Assembly: GCA_965648905.1 (NCBI GenBank)
Contig: CBFGIT010000009.1
Coordinates: forward strand, 32,001 to 96,000
Origin: a candidate division WOR-3 bacterium
GTDB lineage: Bacteria > Hydrothermota > Tepidihabitantia > Tepidihabitantales > Tepidihabitantaceae
DNA: 64,000 nt
Direction of reading: 5' to 3'
The notes below the pieces were generated by a model that saw only the letters and a program-made list of their open reading frames with translations, ran no database searches and had not been told where the DNA came from. Numbering within the stretch: position 1 is the first letter of the stretch; each line of letters opens with the position of its first letter. Of the stretch, positions 51,732 through 61,570 are shown piece after piece. The translations under genes were made by a program, and so were the position numbers.

Positions 51732-52073
51732 ATGACTGCCGCAAAGAAGCTTGACCGCGCCGCAATCGAACCGGTGCTGACCGAGTTTCGCCGCCGCGCC
51801 GAGGAGATGTACGGAACACGGCTCAGAGGCATAGTGCTGTACGGTTCGTGGTCGAGAGACGAGGCGCGTCCTGATTCCGACATCGACCTTGCGGTTATCC
51901 TTTCCGGGCCGGTCTCACCAGGGGTTGAGATCGACCGTATGCTTGACCTGACCGTAGAACTGGACCTTAAGTACGGAGTACTGCTCTCCGTCTATCCGGT
52001 TTCCGACAGCGATTACAATACCCGGCGAAGCCCGCTTCTGCTCAACCTGAAGCGCGAGGGTTTGCCGACATGA
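51732..52073 (+). CDS. Minimal nucleotidyltransferase (MNT) antitoxin-like protein
   Basis: LYGSWSRDEARPDSDIDL (GS..D.D) motif. Confidence 0.9.
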   Translation: MTAAKKLDRAAIEPVLTEFRRRAEEMYGTRLRGIVLYGSWSRDEARPDSDIDLAVILSGPVSPGVEIDRMLDLTVELDLKYGVLLSVYPVSDSDYNTRRSPLLLNLKREGLPT

Positions 52074-52456
52074 GCGAAGTCGCGTCCCTGATTGAGCGAG
52101 CGCGAAAGTACCTCTCAAGCGCCGAGACTCTCCTCGGCGTTCAGGACTTCGAGTCGAGCGTTTCCCGGACCTACTACGCCATGTTCTACGTTGCTGAGGC
52201 GCTGCTACTGACCAAAGGGCTGTCGTTCTCATCACACCAAGGTGTGCTGACTGCGTTCGGCCGGGAGTTCGTGAAGACGGGACTGCTGCCGGGCGAGCTG
52301 GGGCGAGAGCTGAAGCGAGCTTTCTCCAAGCGGCAACTGGGTGACTACGAGTACACCTTTGTCGTCTCGCGGGCAGACGCCGAGCAGCTTCTTGAGGCCG
52401 GCCGCAAGTTCGTGGCGATTGCCGCCGACTACCTTAGACGGAACAACTTCCTGTAG
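52070..52456 (+). CDS. HEPN domain protein (UPF0332-like)
   Basis: SRTYYAMFY, SSHQGV, RQLGDY motifs; ATGA overlap with the MNT gene. Confidence 0.9.
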   Translation: MSEVASLIERARKYLSSAETLLGVQDFESSVSRTYYAMFYVAEALLLTKGLSFSSHQGVLTAFGREFVKTGLLPGELGRELKRAFSKRQLGDYEYTFVVSRADAEQLLEAGRKFVAIAADYLRRNNFL

Positions 52457-52667
52457 GGAGGCTCGACCAACTCTGGTCTGATGGCGGCCGGGAAGTGTGC
52501 CTTGTTTCATTTGGTATTTCGGCGAATTCATTCATAGAGCGGCAGAACCGACCGGCCAGACTGGCAGTCCGGATTTGGTCGGAATGCTCTGGCTGCGGCG
52601 CGGGTAGGTGTTCTTTGACAGAGCCGGAAATCAGGCTAACTTCAGAGGCAACATCAAAGGAGCAACC

Positions 52668-53882
52668 ATGAGAAAGCACTTGTCGCAGGTCGTTCTAGCG
52701 TCTGTGATACTTGCCGGCTGGGTCGTGGCCTCGGCCCAGCAACAGCCGGTGATGAAGTCGGAACTGGTGTCGGCTCAGAACCGGTTTGGCCTGAACCTTC
52801 TGTCCCGACTCACCGAGGCCGACTACGGCAAGAACGTCTTCATCTCGCCTGTGAGTGTCGCGATGTGCCTTTCCATGGTCTACAACGGTGCGTCGGGCAA
52901 GACCCAGACCGACATGGCCCGCGCGCTTGAGCTTTCCGGCATAAGCCTGGGAACGCTCAACCAGACCAGTGCAGCACTGATGCAGGACCTGCTCGCCGCC
53001 GACCCCAAAGTCAAGCTGCAGATTGCCAATTCGCTCTGGGCAAGGAAGGGTATCGAGTTTCAGAAGCCGTTCCTGAGCGCGAACCAGCAGTACTTCAAGG
53101 CGAAAGCGACAACCCTCGACTTTGCTTCACCAGATGCGGCCAGGACCATCAACACCTGGGTCAGCGACAATACCAAAGGTCTTATCCGCTCGATTGTCGA
53201 CCGCATCGACCCTCTGGATATCCTGTTTCTTATCAACGCCATCTACTTCAAAGGCACCTGGACCGAGCAGTTCGACAAGGCCCTGACCTATGAGCGGGAC
53301 TTCCACCGACTGGACGGCTCCACGGTGAAGCGTTGGATGATGAACCAGGACGGCAAGTACAACTACCTTGCTGCTGAAGGGTTTCAGGCAGTCAGCCTGC
53401 CTTATGGCTCAGGACGGCTGAGCATGTACCTGTTCGTGCCGGAGAAGAAAGACGGCCTGCCCCAACTGCTTGAGCAGTTGACTGCCTCGAACTGGGAAAA
53501 GTGGCTTTCTGGGTTCTATCGGATGAGCGGCGATGTGGTTCTGCCGCGCTTCAAGCTCGAATACGAGGCGTCGCTGAATCAGGCGCTCAAGGCACTGGGT
53601 ATGGCCGATGCGTTCAACCCGAGTCAGGCCGACTTCTCGAAGATGGTGAAGCCGCCGATTCAGGCCTACATCAGCGAAGTGAAGCACAAGACGTTCGTCG
53701 AGGTCAACGAAGAAGGCACTGAGGCGGCGGCTGTGACCTCGACCCGAGTTGCCATGACCGCCATGCCCCCACGGCAGGAGAGGTTCTCGCTCGTCGCGGA
53801 CCGGCCTTTCCTCTGTGCCATCAGAGACAACACCACTGGCGCGATTCTTTTCATCGGCGCTATCTACGACCCGGAGCAGTAG
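52668..53882 (+). CDS. Secreted serpin (serine protease inhibitor)
   Basis: NVFISPVS; NAIYFKGTW; LPRFK; hinge EVNEEGTEAAAVT; DRPFL..IR...ILFIG. Confidence 0.95.
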   Translation: MRKHLSQVVLASVILAGWVVASAQQQPVMKSELVSAQNRFGLNLLSRLTEADYGKNVFISPVSVAMCLSMVYNGASGKTQTDMARALELSGISLGTLNQTSAALMQDLLAADPKVKLQIANSLWARKGIEFQKPFLSANQQYFKAKATTLDFASPDAARTINTWVSDNTKGLIRSIVDRIDPLDILFLINAIYFKGTWTEQFDKALTYERDFHRLDGSTVKRWMMNQDGKYNYLAAEGFQAVSLPYGSGRLSMYLFVPEKKDGLPQLLEQLTASNWEKWLSGFYRMSGDVVLPRFKLEYEASLNQALKALGMADAFNPSQADFSKMVKPPIQAYISEVKHKTFVEVNEEGTEAAAVTSTRVAMTAMPPRQERFSLVADRPFLCAIRDNTTGAILFIGAIYDPEQ

Positions 53883-53909
53883 GCCGGTACTGCGGCGCGG
53901 CTGCGCGCG

Positions 53910-54014
53910 TCAGCAGCGCGCCAGCAGCCCGGCCCGGCGCAGAATCTCGGCATTCATCCGGTACGAATCAGCGTGCCGTGTGTGTCCAAACCAGGCGGCT
54001 GGAGACGCGCGCAC
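53910..54014 (-). pseudogene. C-terminal remnant of a DGR-type reverse transcriptase
   Basis: Translates VRASPAAWFGHTRHADSYRMNAEILRRAGLLARC*, matching the S..xW.GH..HADS/T C-terminal motif of DGR RTs; lies directly after the TR fragment. Confidence 0.65.
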
Positions 54015-54029
54015 CTAGCTGTCAGGACA

Positions 54030-54089
54030 TGGTTCGTTCCTGTTCCGATTGGCGCAGCGCAGGTTCCTGGGGTTGTTGTTCCGGGAACC
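54030..54089 (-). mobile_element. Truncated DGR template repeat (TR)
   Basis: AAC-rich (GSRNNNPRNLRCANRNRNEP); versus VR 54600-54659, 13 of 19 TR adenines differ but only 4 of 41 non-A positions. Confidence 0.8.
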
Positions 54090-54386
54090 GCGGCGCAGAC
54101 ACCGGCCGACGCCACTGTTCGATTGGCTGTCCTGACTGCTGCTTGCACGACTGTTTGAGTTTCGGCGCACGACATCGCACGCGGCACGACTCGAAACAAG
54201 ACTCCGGGTGGTTCGTGAACAGACACGTGCGACACCATGTCAAGCAAGGCCACATGGCACGCCTGCTCAACATCATCCCCAAGTGGGCGTCCGACTACTG
54301 CCTGGGAAGCCGGGGAGTCTTGCCGCCATCGTTATTTCTATCGCTTTGACCTGCCGTCACTTAGTTCGATTTCAGCGTATCTGGAG

Positions 54387-54408
54387 CGTGATAGTTATTA
54401 CTGTCATG
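54387..54408. repeat. Second copy of the 22-bp palindrome element
   Basis: CGTGATAGTTATTACTGTCATG, 19/22 identical to 17754..17775. Confidence 0.65.
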
Positions 54409-54479
54409 GGCCCAGTCACCGACCAAAAGCTGCAGGCTGGCGGCTGTCGGCTGCAGGCTGCCCGCCGTTTTTGCGGCCG

Positions 54480-54500
54480 AGCGGCGGCTTCGCCGCCGCT
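54480..54500 (-). other. GC hairpin with GAA triloop downstream of the VR (DGR target hairpin or terminator)
   Basis: AGCGGCGGC-GAA-GCCGCCGCT on the minus strand, about 50 nt after the target stop. Confidence 0.5.
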
Positions 54501-54510
54501 AGAGGAAGAC

Positions 54511-54550
54511 CAGATACTCAGATTTCCAGATTACCAGATTCACAGATAAG
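54511..54550. repeat. Octamer tandem array (CAGATnnn)x5
   Basis: cagatact cagatttc cagattac cagattca cagataag. Confidence 0.8.
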
Positions 54551-54551
54551 A

Positions 54552-55670
54552 CTACTGACGCAAGGAACAACGGAAGCCCAGACCGCCGTCCCGGTACGAA
54601 GGGCCGCCCCCGGCCCGATTAGCGCAGCGCAGGTACCTGGCACCGTAGTACCAGGAACCGCCACGGTTGACGCGGAACGAGCCAGACGACGGCCCTTCCG
54701 GGTTGTTGCTCGGGCTTGTGCTGTAGTAGTTCTCGCCATACCAGTCATTGCACCACTCCCAGACATTGCCTGCCATGTCCAGACAGCCATAGGGCGAAGC
54801 ACCGGCAGGATACGTGCCAACCGGCGCAGTGTACAGATAGCCGTCATCATAGCCACTGATAACCGTCCAGTTCGGAAACTGCCGTTTTGCCGCTTCGTCG
54901 ACAAAGTTGCCGTTGCGGCTGGAACCGGGCGCGCTGTTGCCCCAAGGATACTGCCGAGCGTCAGTGCCACGGGCTGCTTTCTCCCATTCGGCCTCGGTCG
55001 GCAGCCGCTTGCCCGCCCAGTCACAGTAGGCCTTGGCATCGTTCCACGACACGAGCACAACCGGGTGGTTTCTCGTGGCGTAACTGTAGTAAGTGCGCCA
55101 GCTCACTCCTTTCTTGTCTATCCACTTTGATGAATCCTTGTCGCAGACATAGCCTGAGCCGAGCCGCTCAGCATCAGTCTGGTGGCCGGTCGCCTTCACA
55201 AACCGCTCGAACTGCTCGTTCGTCACCTCGTACTTGTCGATGTAGTACTCGCTCAAGTAGACCTTGTGTTGCGGCCGCTCGTCGTTATCGCCCTCGCCCT
55301 CCGGACTGCCCATCCAGAATTCACCGGCCGGGATTCGTATCATCATCGACGAGTCTCTGAGCCAGAGGATTTCGTCATAGCCCTGGGCGTTGCGGCCCCG
55401 CGAGACATACTTTGCCCCGGCCAGAGCTGCTGGCTGTGAGCTCGTGGCTGTTGGCGCCTTGGGTTTGGGCTTGGGCTTCTCGACCGGCTTGAGCCGGACC
55501 GGGCCGCCCGCGGAGTCCTCGCACTCGGCGCAGAAGTTCTGGTCGTCGTCGTACTCCCTGCCGCACTTCGGACACTTCTTCGCGCCAAGGAACACGAGGG
55601 CAAGAGCGAAGAGGAGAATGACGAACGCCAACCGCTGCCCGGCCGTCAAGATAACTCTTTGCCTCGGCAT
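54552..55670 (-). CDS. FGE-sulfatase (SUMF1/C-type-lectin fold) protein, membrane-anchored with zinc ribbon; DGR target gene (VR ~54560-54690)
   Basis: IPAGEFWMGS, EVTNEQF, HPVVLVSWNDA, RLPTEAEWEKAARG, DMAGNVWEW, RGGSW..GFRC; N-terminal TM and CPKC..CAEC. Confidence 0.92.
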   Translation of the reverse strand: MPRQRVILTAGQRLAFVILLFALALVFLGAKKCPKCGREYDDDQNFCAECEDSAGGPVRLKPVEKPKPKPKAPTATSSQPAALAGAKYVSRGRNAQGYDEILWLRDSSMMIRIPAGEFWMGSPEGEGDNDERPQHKVYLSEYYIDKYEVTNEQFERFVKATGHQTDAERLGSGYVCDKDSSKWIDKKGVSWRTYYSYATRNHPVVLVSWNDAKAYCDWAGKRLPTEAEWEKAARGTDARQYPWGNSAPGSSRNGNFVDEAAKRQFPNWTVISGYDDGYLYTAPVGTYPAGASPYGCLDMAGNVWEWCNDWYGENYYSTSPSNNPEGPSSGSFRVNRGGSWYYGARYLRCANRAGGGPSYRDGGLGFRCSLRQ

Positions 55671-55785
55671 GCACCAAATCTAGCTGGCGGGCGGGATTTG
55701 TCAATACACTTAGGCAGCTTCGTCTTGCGGACAGAAATCATACGGGGCAGCGCAGATGCGCTGCCCCGTAGAGTGAACGTCACAA

Positions 55786-58680
55786 TTAGTCGGACAGAAC
55801 CACTTTGCCCCAGGCCTCGGCTCCGGCTGAGCGAACCCGGTAGAAGTAGATACCGGGCGCAACACTCCGGCCTGAGCCGTCACGGCCATCCCAGGGGAAA
55901 CTGGCCTGTGCCGAAACCTGCCGTGCCGAAGCCAGCTCGCGCACTGCCCGACCGTTGTTGTCAAAGACCTTCAGGTCAACATTGCCCGGCTGCGCCAGCC
56001 TGACCGAGAGCACTGTGCCGCGCGTGAACGGGTTGGGCCACGCGCTGACAATGATTCGGCTGTTCTCGCTTCGGGGCGCGGGTCGGCTCTCCTCGATGCC
56101 GACACCGTAGTTGAACCCGACGACCTTGAAGATGCGGTTGTTGCCGCCGGTCTGGTCCTCCATGATCGATATCCAGTAGGAACCGTCGCGCGGGTCGTAT
56201 TCGATGCCGCGCACGTTCCAGGAGCTGTTGGAGAACTTGAACCGGTTACGCAGGGTGAAGCTGACCCGGTCAATCTCAAGCATTCCGATTGAGTCAATCG
56301 CGGTGCCGCCGGTGTTGAACCACGTGAAGATGTTCAGCACCGAAGGTGTGTTGACCGGGCAGCGGTCGTCAAGCGCGAGGCAGCGTGAGCCGTAGTAGCC
56401 GCTGACCGGGTGGATTATGGTATCCAGAATCGCGCCGGTCGTATCGTAGACAAAGACGCGCTGCTGGGTCTGACCCGACAGGCGCCGGTCGGTGAGGTAG
56501 ATGAGATGCTCGTCGTCGTGCTCGACGATGCCGCAAGGGTAATCGGCCTGCGGCACGTTGAACTGACGCACGACCGAGCCGGTCGGTGTTATCTTGTAGA
56601 CCCGCTTGCTTGAGTTCGCCACCACCCAGAAAGTATTGTCATACGCGCAGTAGTCGAGGTCGGTACAGGAGTCCTCAGGCAAGGTCACCGTGCCCTGCGG
56701 GGTCAGCAGGCTGTCGGACGAGTACTTGTAGATGGTCGGCTGCATGAAGTACATCGCATAGAGCAGGTTGTCGTTCGTGTTGTACGCCATGCCATAAAGA
56801 CCCCAGTCGGTCGGCATGTTCGAACAGACCCGCGGACCCCAGATAATCTCGCCGGGCTGGGGCGGGGGCGTACCGACGCGCAGCGCAATCGGCAGCCGGG
56901 CAGTGTAGTCGGCGCTGTCGCCGGTGACAACCAGAGTACAGGAGATGACCGTACCCGGTGGAATCGTGCCGCCAGCCCGGACCTCAAGCCGGTCCAGCGT
57001 GTTTGTCGCCTCACCGCCTGAGGCGATGTTGCCCCAGGTACCGGTCGAGTCGGTCACGGTCAGGCGTGCATCGGTTGAACGGAATACGCCGGTGACGTTG
57101 TTGCATGCCGAGCCGCCTGAGTTGCGCAGGGTCATCTGCAGCCGGGCAACTTCACCCGGGTCAACCTGGCCGTTGTTGTTGCCGCCGGGCGGCGAGTCGA
57201 GGACCGTGGTCGCCCGGAGAATCAGCATCGGCCCGCCCGAGCCGGTCACGTAGTTCACCGCCGCAAGCGCATCAATCCGGCCCGCGCCGTAGTCGTTGTC
57301 CTTGCCCGACGGCCCACGGTCAACCGCGGTAATCTCAAGGATTGAGTCAACCACTGCCGGGGTCAGGGCCGGGTTCTTAGACAGCATCAAGCAGACCGCA
57401 CCGGCAACGTGCGGGGTTGCCATCGAGGTTCCGGACATGGTCGTGTAGCCGCCGGTTCGCGCACAAGACTTAATGTTATCACCCGGTGCTGAGACATCAG
57501 GCCGGGTCAAGCCGGGTGGATAAGGATAGTCGTTATACGGCGGGACGTTCGCCCAAGTAACTGGTCCGCGGCTCGAAAACGACGCATAGTTGTCGCTCGC
57601 ATCGGTCGCACCGATCGACATAATGCCGGACAGGGTGCCGGTACCTGTGTTCTGGGGATTCCACCATGGCGGCGGCACGTTGCCCGGACACCGGCATGAG
57701 TTCGGCGGCGACAACGAACGCTCGTTGCCCGCGGCGACAATCTGGCACAGACCCGCAGCATTGACGTTGTCTGCGGTCTGACGCCAGGTTGCCTGGTGCG
57801 GGTTCCAGGAAATCTGCCAGCCGAGCGACATCGTGTACAGGTCAGCACCGTTTGCCGGCGAAAGCGGCGGCGCAACACAGAACTGCATCGCCTGCCAGCA
57901 CTGGCTCTCAGCCACTGAGTCCGCAGTCGTCCGCACCCGGCAAACCATGATCTGGGCGTCGGGCGCAACACCACACTGGCTGCCCGATGTCCCGTCGCTT
58001 GCCACGCTGCCGGCTGTGTGCGTACCATGGCCCTGGGCGTCGTTCGGGTCGTTGTTGTTGTTCTCGAAGTTCCACCCGTGGTTCGGATAGTTCGGGTCGG
58101 TCCACATGTGGTCGGCCAGGTCAGGATGGGTGTAGTTGCAGCCGGTGTCAATGTGGCCGCAGATGATTCCCTGGCCGGTGTAGCCCTGAGACCAGACCGC
58201 GGGCGCGTTCACCCGCTCCACACCCCAGGCAATTTCGTCCTGTCCGTCGGTCGGCTCTTCCGGTTCCAATAGGTCGGGCGCATATGCCAGGTCGTAGTTG
58301 ACGTAGTTCACCTCGGCCCGTTGAGAAAGAGCCTCGATGACCTCTGGTGTCGCCTCGCAGTAGACCGCATTGATAATCCAGAGCGGCCGCACGTCCGCAA
58401 CCGTTCCCTGTGCCTGCTCCGCCTCAAGCCAGGCAAGCAGCGCCTGCTGTTGCCCGGCCGAGAAGTCCTGCAGGATACGCGCCACTTCGACCCGGCGTTG
58501 AGCACGGGGCATGCCGTCAACCAGTTGGTTGAGCAGTCCGGCATCAAACTGCTCTTTCAATACAACGTGCACCGGCAAACGGGCGCCGGTCTGCGCCGTT
58601 GCCATGTGCCGCTCAAGCTCGGGCGTGATGGTCGCAAAACCCGCCGCCACGAGCAGCAGTAAGAGCATCAGTCTCTTCAC
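55786..58680 (-). CDS. Secreted S8 (subtilisin-like) serine peptidase with C-terminal propeller and FlgD CTD
   Basis: Catalytic triad motifs HIDTG, GHGTHTAG, SGTSMATPHVAG; WDGRDGSGRSVAPGIYF. Confidence 0.92.
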   Translation of the reverse strand: MKRLMLLLLLVAAGFATITPELERHMATAQTGARLPVHVVLKEQFDAGLLNQLVDGMPRAQRRVEVARILQDFSAGQQQALLAWLEAEQAQGTVADVRPLWIINAVYCEATPEVIEALSQRAEVNYVNYDLAYAPDLLEPEEPTDGQDEIAWGVERVNAPAVWSQGYTGQGIICGHIDTGCNYTHPDLADHMWTDPNYPNHGWNFENNNNDPNDAQGHGTHTAGSVASDGTSGSQCGVAPDAQIMVCRVRTTADSVAESQCWQAMQFCVAPPLSPANGADLYTMSLGWQISWNPHQATWRQTADNVNAAGLCQIVAAGNERSLSPPNSCRCPGNVPPPWWNPQNTGTGTLSGIMSIGATDASDNYASFSSRGPVTWANVPPYNDYPYPPGLTRPDVSAPGDNIKSCARTGGYTTMSGTSMATPHVAGAVCLMLSKNPALTPAVVDSILEITAVDRGPSGKDNDYGAGRIDALAAVNYVTGSGGPMLILRATTVLDSPPGGNNNGQVDPGEVARLQMTLRNSGGSACNNVTGVFRSTDARLTVTDSTGTWGNIASGGEATNTLDRLEVRAGGTIPPGTVISCTLVVTGDSADYTARLPIALRVGTPPPQPGEIIWGPRVCSNMPTDWGLYGMAYNTNDNLLYAMYFMQPTIYKYSSDSLLTPQGTVTLPEDSCTDLDYCAYDNTFWVVANSSKRVYKITPTGSVVRQFNVPQADYPCGIVEHDDEHLIYLTDRRLSGQTQQRVFVYDTTGAILDTIIHPVSGYYGSRCLALDDRCPVNTPSVLNIFTWFNTGGTAIDSIGMLEIDRVSFTLRNRFKFSNSSWNVRGIEYDPRDGSYWISIMEDQTGGNNRIFKVVGFNYGVGIEESRPAPRSENSRIIVSAWPNPFTRGTVLSVRLAQPGNVDLKVFDNNGRAVRELASARQVSAQASFPWDGRDGSGRSVAPGIYFYRVRSAGAEAWGKVVLSD

Positions 58681-58829
58681 TATGGTCCTCCATCAGGCTT
58701 TCTCACGGCTGGCATCCGGGCCAACGTCCGCCCGCGGCCGTCGTCCAGCCGGGTAGCTCGACAACGATTGTAGCCATACCGGGCCTCTAGTCAAACCGGC
58801 GCGCCGGTTGCTCGGCGCGCGCCTGCCGG

Positions 58830-59678
58830 TCAGGTCGCTTCGAAGTCGAGCGCGATGTCCACGGCCGGCGCTGAGTGGGTGACGGCCCCGACCGAAATGA
58901 AGTCAACGCCGGTCTCGGCAATCCTTCTGACCCGCTCCAGCGTCACGCCACCGGAAGCCTCGGTCCGGGCACGACCTCGACAGAGCTGAACTGCCCGCCG
59001 CAACTGAGCAAGGCTCATATTGTCCAGCAGCAGCCGTCTCGCACCAGCAGCAAGAGCTTCCTTCACCTGGTCGATGTTCGTGACTTCAACCTCAACTTCC
59101 AGCCTGGAACGGCGACACGCGGCCAGCGCCGAGCTGACCGAACCGGCAACGGCGATGTGATTGTCTTTGATGAGCACCATGTCGTAGAGCCCCATTCGGT
59201 GATTGCCGCCACCGCCGCACCGAACCGCGTACTTCTCAAGCGCGCGCCAGCCTGGCGTTGTCTTGCGGGTATCGAGGATGACCGCACCGGTTCCAAGTAC
59301 CGCTCGGACGTAGCGGTGCGTCAGAGTCGCGATGCCGGACAGACGCTGGACGAAGTTGAGCGCGGTCCGCTCCGCGGACAGGAGCGAGCGGGCGCGGCCC
59401 CGAACCTCGGCCAGCACGGTGCCCGGCCCAAACACCGTGCCGTCCTTGAGCCGACGACAAAACCGGACCGATGGGTCAATTGCTGAGAAGACCTGGCGAC
59501 AGATGTCCATGCCGCAGAGCACACCCGGCTCCCGGGCCACGATGCGCGCCCGCGCGCTCCGCTGGGCCGGCACGACCAATCGGGAAGTGACGTCACCCGG
59601 GCCCAGGTCCTCAGCCAGCGCGCTCTGGATCAGGCGTCGGACAGCTCTGCTGGCTGGCGGCCGACCGCCGACAGTCAT
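58830..59678 (-). CDS. nadC: Nicotinate-nucleotide pyrophosphorylase (quinolinate phosphoribosyltransferase)
   Basis: EDLGPGDVT; DTRKTTPG; HRMGLYD..LIKDNH; LLDN; EASGG. Confidence 0.95.
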   Translation of the reverse strand: MTVGGRPPASRAVRRLIQSALAEDLGPGDVTSRLVVPAQRSARARIVAREPGVLCGMDICRQVFSAIDPSVRFCRRLKDGTVFGPGTVLAEVRGRARSLLSAERTALNFVQRLSGIATLTHRYVRAVLGTGAVILDTRKTTPGWRALEKYAVRCGGGGNHRMGLYDMVLIKDNHIAVAGSVSSALAACRRSRLEVEVEVTNIDQVKEALAAGARRLLLDNMSLAQLRRAVQLCRGRARTEASGGVTLERVRRIAETGVDFISVGAVTHSAPAVDIALDFEAT

Positions 59679-59684
59679 GCGGCT

Positions 59685-60104
59685 TTAGGCAGGTTTGGCT
59701 TCTGGAGCGGCAGGCTCGGGCGGAGACGTGGCAGCCGGTTGCTTGGGGCCGAGCAGTTCGTTGATCTTGGCCTGAAGCACTTCTGGCTCAAACGGCTTGG
59801 TGACATAAGCATCGGCGCCCATGTCCACGCCTCGGCGCATGTCATCGGGTGACGAACGGGCACTGAAGATGATTATCGGAATCTCGGCCATGCCGCTCGA
59901 CTTGAGCAGCCGGCAGACCGTGTAGCCGTCCATTTTCGGTATCATCAGGTCAAGGATAATAAGTTCCGGATGAAACGCCCGCGCCTTGGCCACCGCGGTG
60001 AACCCGTCTGCCGCAGTCTCAATCTTGTGCCCCCATTGCTCGAGCCGGCCCGAAACCAGCTCGCGCAGGTTGGCTTCGTCCTCAACCAGCAGAATCCTGG
60101 CCAT
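59685..60104 (-). CDS. Single-domain response regulator (receiver)
   Basis: ILLVEDE; ILDLMIPKMDG; SAR; YVTKPF. Confidence 0.95.
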   Translation of the reverse strand: MARILLVEDEANLRELVSGRLEQWGHKIETAADGFTAVAKARAFHPELIILDLMIPKMDGYTVCRLLKSSGMAEIPIIIFSARSSPDDMRRGVDMGADAYVTKPFEPEVLQAKINELLGPKQPAATSPPEPAAPEAKPA

Positions 60105-60109
60105 CGACT

Positions 60110-61570
60110 CTACAGGTTCTCCTTGATTGGCAGGATGAAACTGAAGCTGGCACCCTCACCCAGTTTGCTGTGCGCCCAGACCCGACCATGGTGCAGCTCA
60201 ACAATCGAGCGGACAATCGCCAGGCCGAGCCCGATGCCCGGGCCGTGCGGGTCCACCCGCTCGAACTTGCCGAATATCCGGTCGAGGAACTCGGCGGGAA
60301 TGCCCGGGCCCGAGTCGGATATCGTGACCTGAACGTAGCCGGTGTTGGTCAGCGTGCCGCTGTGGGCAAGGAGGGGCGAAGTGGGGTCAACGAAACTGAT
60401 GTCCACCTTGATTGTGCCGCCGACCGGCGAGTACTTGATCGCGTTGTCCAGCAGATTGTTGAACACCCGCAGCAGCCGGTCGCGGTCGCCGAGTATCGGC
60501 GGCATGCGCGGCGGGATCGTGCGTTCGATGCTCAGATTGCGCTTGTTGATGAGCAGCGACATGCTCTCGATCGCGGTCGAGAGCAGCTCGGCCAGGTCGA
60601 CGCCGTCGAGCCGGAGCACGGTCTTGCCTGCCTCCATGCGTGAGACCTCAATCAGATTATCAATCATCCGGTTGAGTCGGTCAATCTCCTCGCGGGCAAT
60701 GGTCAGGTATCGGCGCTGCCGCTCCTCAAGCCGCATCGCCGCGGTCTCGGACAGAAGCGACATCGCTTCCTTGATGGCGGCCAAGGGCGTCCTCAGGTCA
60801 TGCGACAGCATCGCGATGAAATCGGTTCGGGCACGCTCGGCCTGCTTCAGGGCCGATACGTCGCGCAGGAAACAAAGCAGAATCGGCTTGCCGTCGGACT
60901 TGATCGGTACAATCCGCAGCTCACACTCAATCTCGTGTCCGGTGCGGTTGACCAGCCGCACCTCGTGGTGAACCGGCATCAGCACGCTGCCCGGTTCGGC
61001 AACGATCTGAGCAACGTTCTTTCGGTCTCGGGCCGATATCAGTCGGTCCAAGCCGAGCCGTGCAACCTGGGACGAGGAGTAACCGGCCAGCTCCTCAAAA
61101 CGACGGTTGACGTAGACGATACGACCATTCTCAACAATGCAGATGCCGTCCACCGAGTTCTCCATCACCTCTCGACTGGTCGCATCGGCCACGTTTGTAC
61201 TGGTACGCGTGCCCACGGCCCGGATTGCGGTCCCGACGAACCAGGCAGAGTCTCCGGTCTTACGGCGGGCAATGGCAACGCTGACCGGGACATGCTCGTT
61301 GTTTCGGTTGACAATGAAGGAATCGCCCAAGCCGCGCATCTCGGCATCGAACTTCGTACGGGTCAGTCGGGCAACCTCGCCCGCAGGAAACAGCTCACGC
61401 CAGCTCTTGCCGACGAGAATGTCGGCACTCTCAAAGCCGGCAAGCCGGGCGAGCGCCCGGTTGGCAAAGACAATCCGGCCGTTTCCGTCTGCGACCCAGA
61501 TACCCTCCTGGAGGTCGTTCAAGAACTCGCGACCGCCAGTGAGCGCATCAAGGTTCAATTTTTCAGGCAC
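60110..61570 (-). CDS. Cytoplasmic PAS-PAS sensor histidine kinase
   Basis: Two PAS domains; SHDLRTPL; NLLDNAIKYS; DSGPGI; GIGLGL. Confidence 0.93.
   Translation of the reverse strand: MPEKLNLDALTGGREFLNDLQEGIWVADGNGRIVFANRALARLAGFESADILVGKSWRELFPAGEVARLTRTKFDAEMRGLGDSFIVNRNNEHVPVSVAIARRKTGDSAWFVGTAIRAVGTRTSTNVADATSREVMENSVDGICIVENGRIVYVNRRFEELAGYSSSQVARLGLDRLISARDRKNVAQIVAEPGSVLMPVHHEVRLVNRTGHEIECELRIVPIKSDGKPILLCFLRDVSALKQAERARTDFIAMLSHDLRTPLAAIKEAMSLLSETAAMRLEERQRRYLTIAREEIDRLNRMIDNLIEVSRMEAGKTVLRLDGVDLAELLSTAIESMSLLINKRNLSIERTIPPRMPPILGDRDRLLRVFNNLLDNAIKYSPVGGTIKVDISFVDPTSPLLAHSGTLTNTGYVQVTISDSGPGIPAEFLDRIFGKFERVDPHGPGIGLGLAIVRSIVELHHGRVWAHSKLGEGASFSFILPIKENL

Noticed and set aside
54100..54300. 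avd remnant upstream of the TR (…KQQSG…)
   Set aside because: Only three suggestive residues; no recognisable Avd motif
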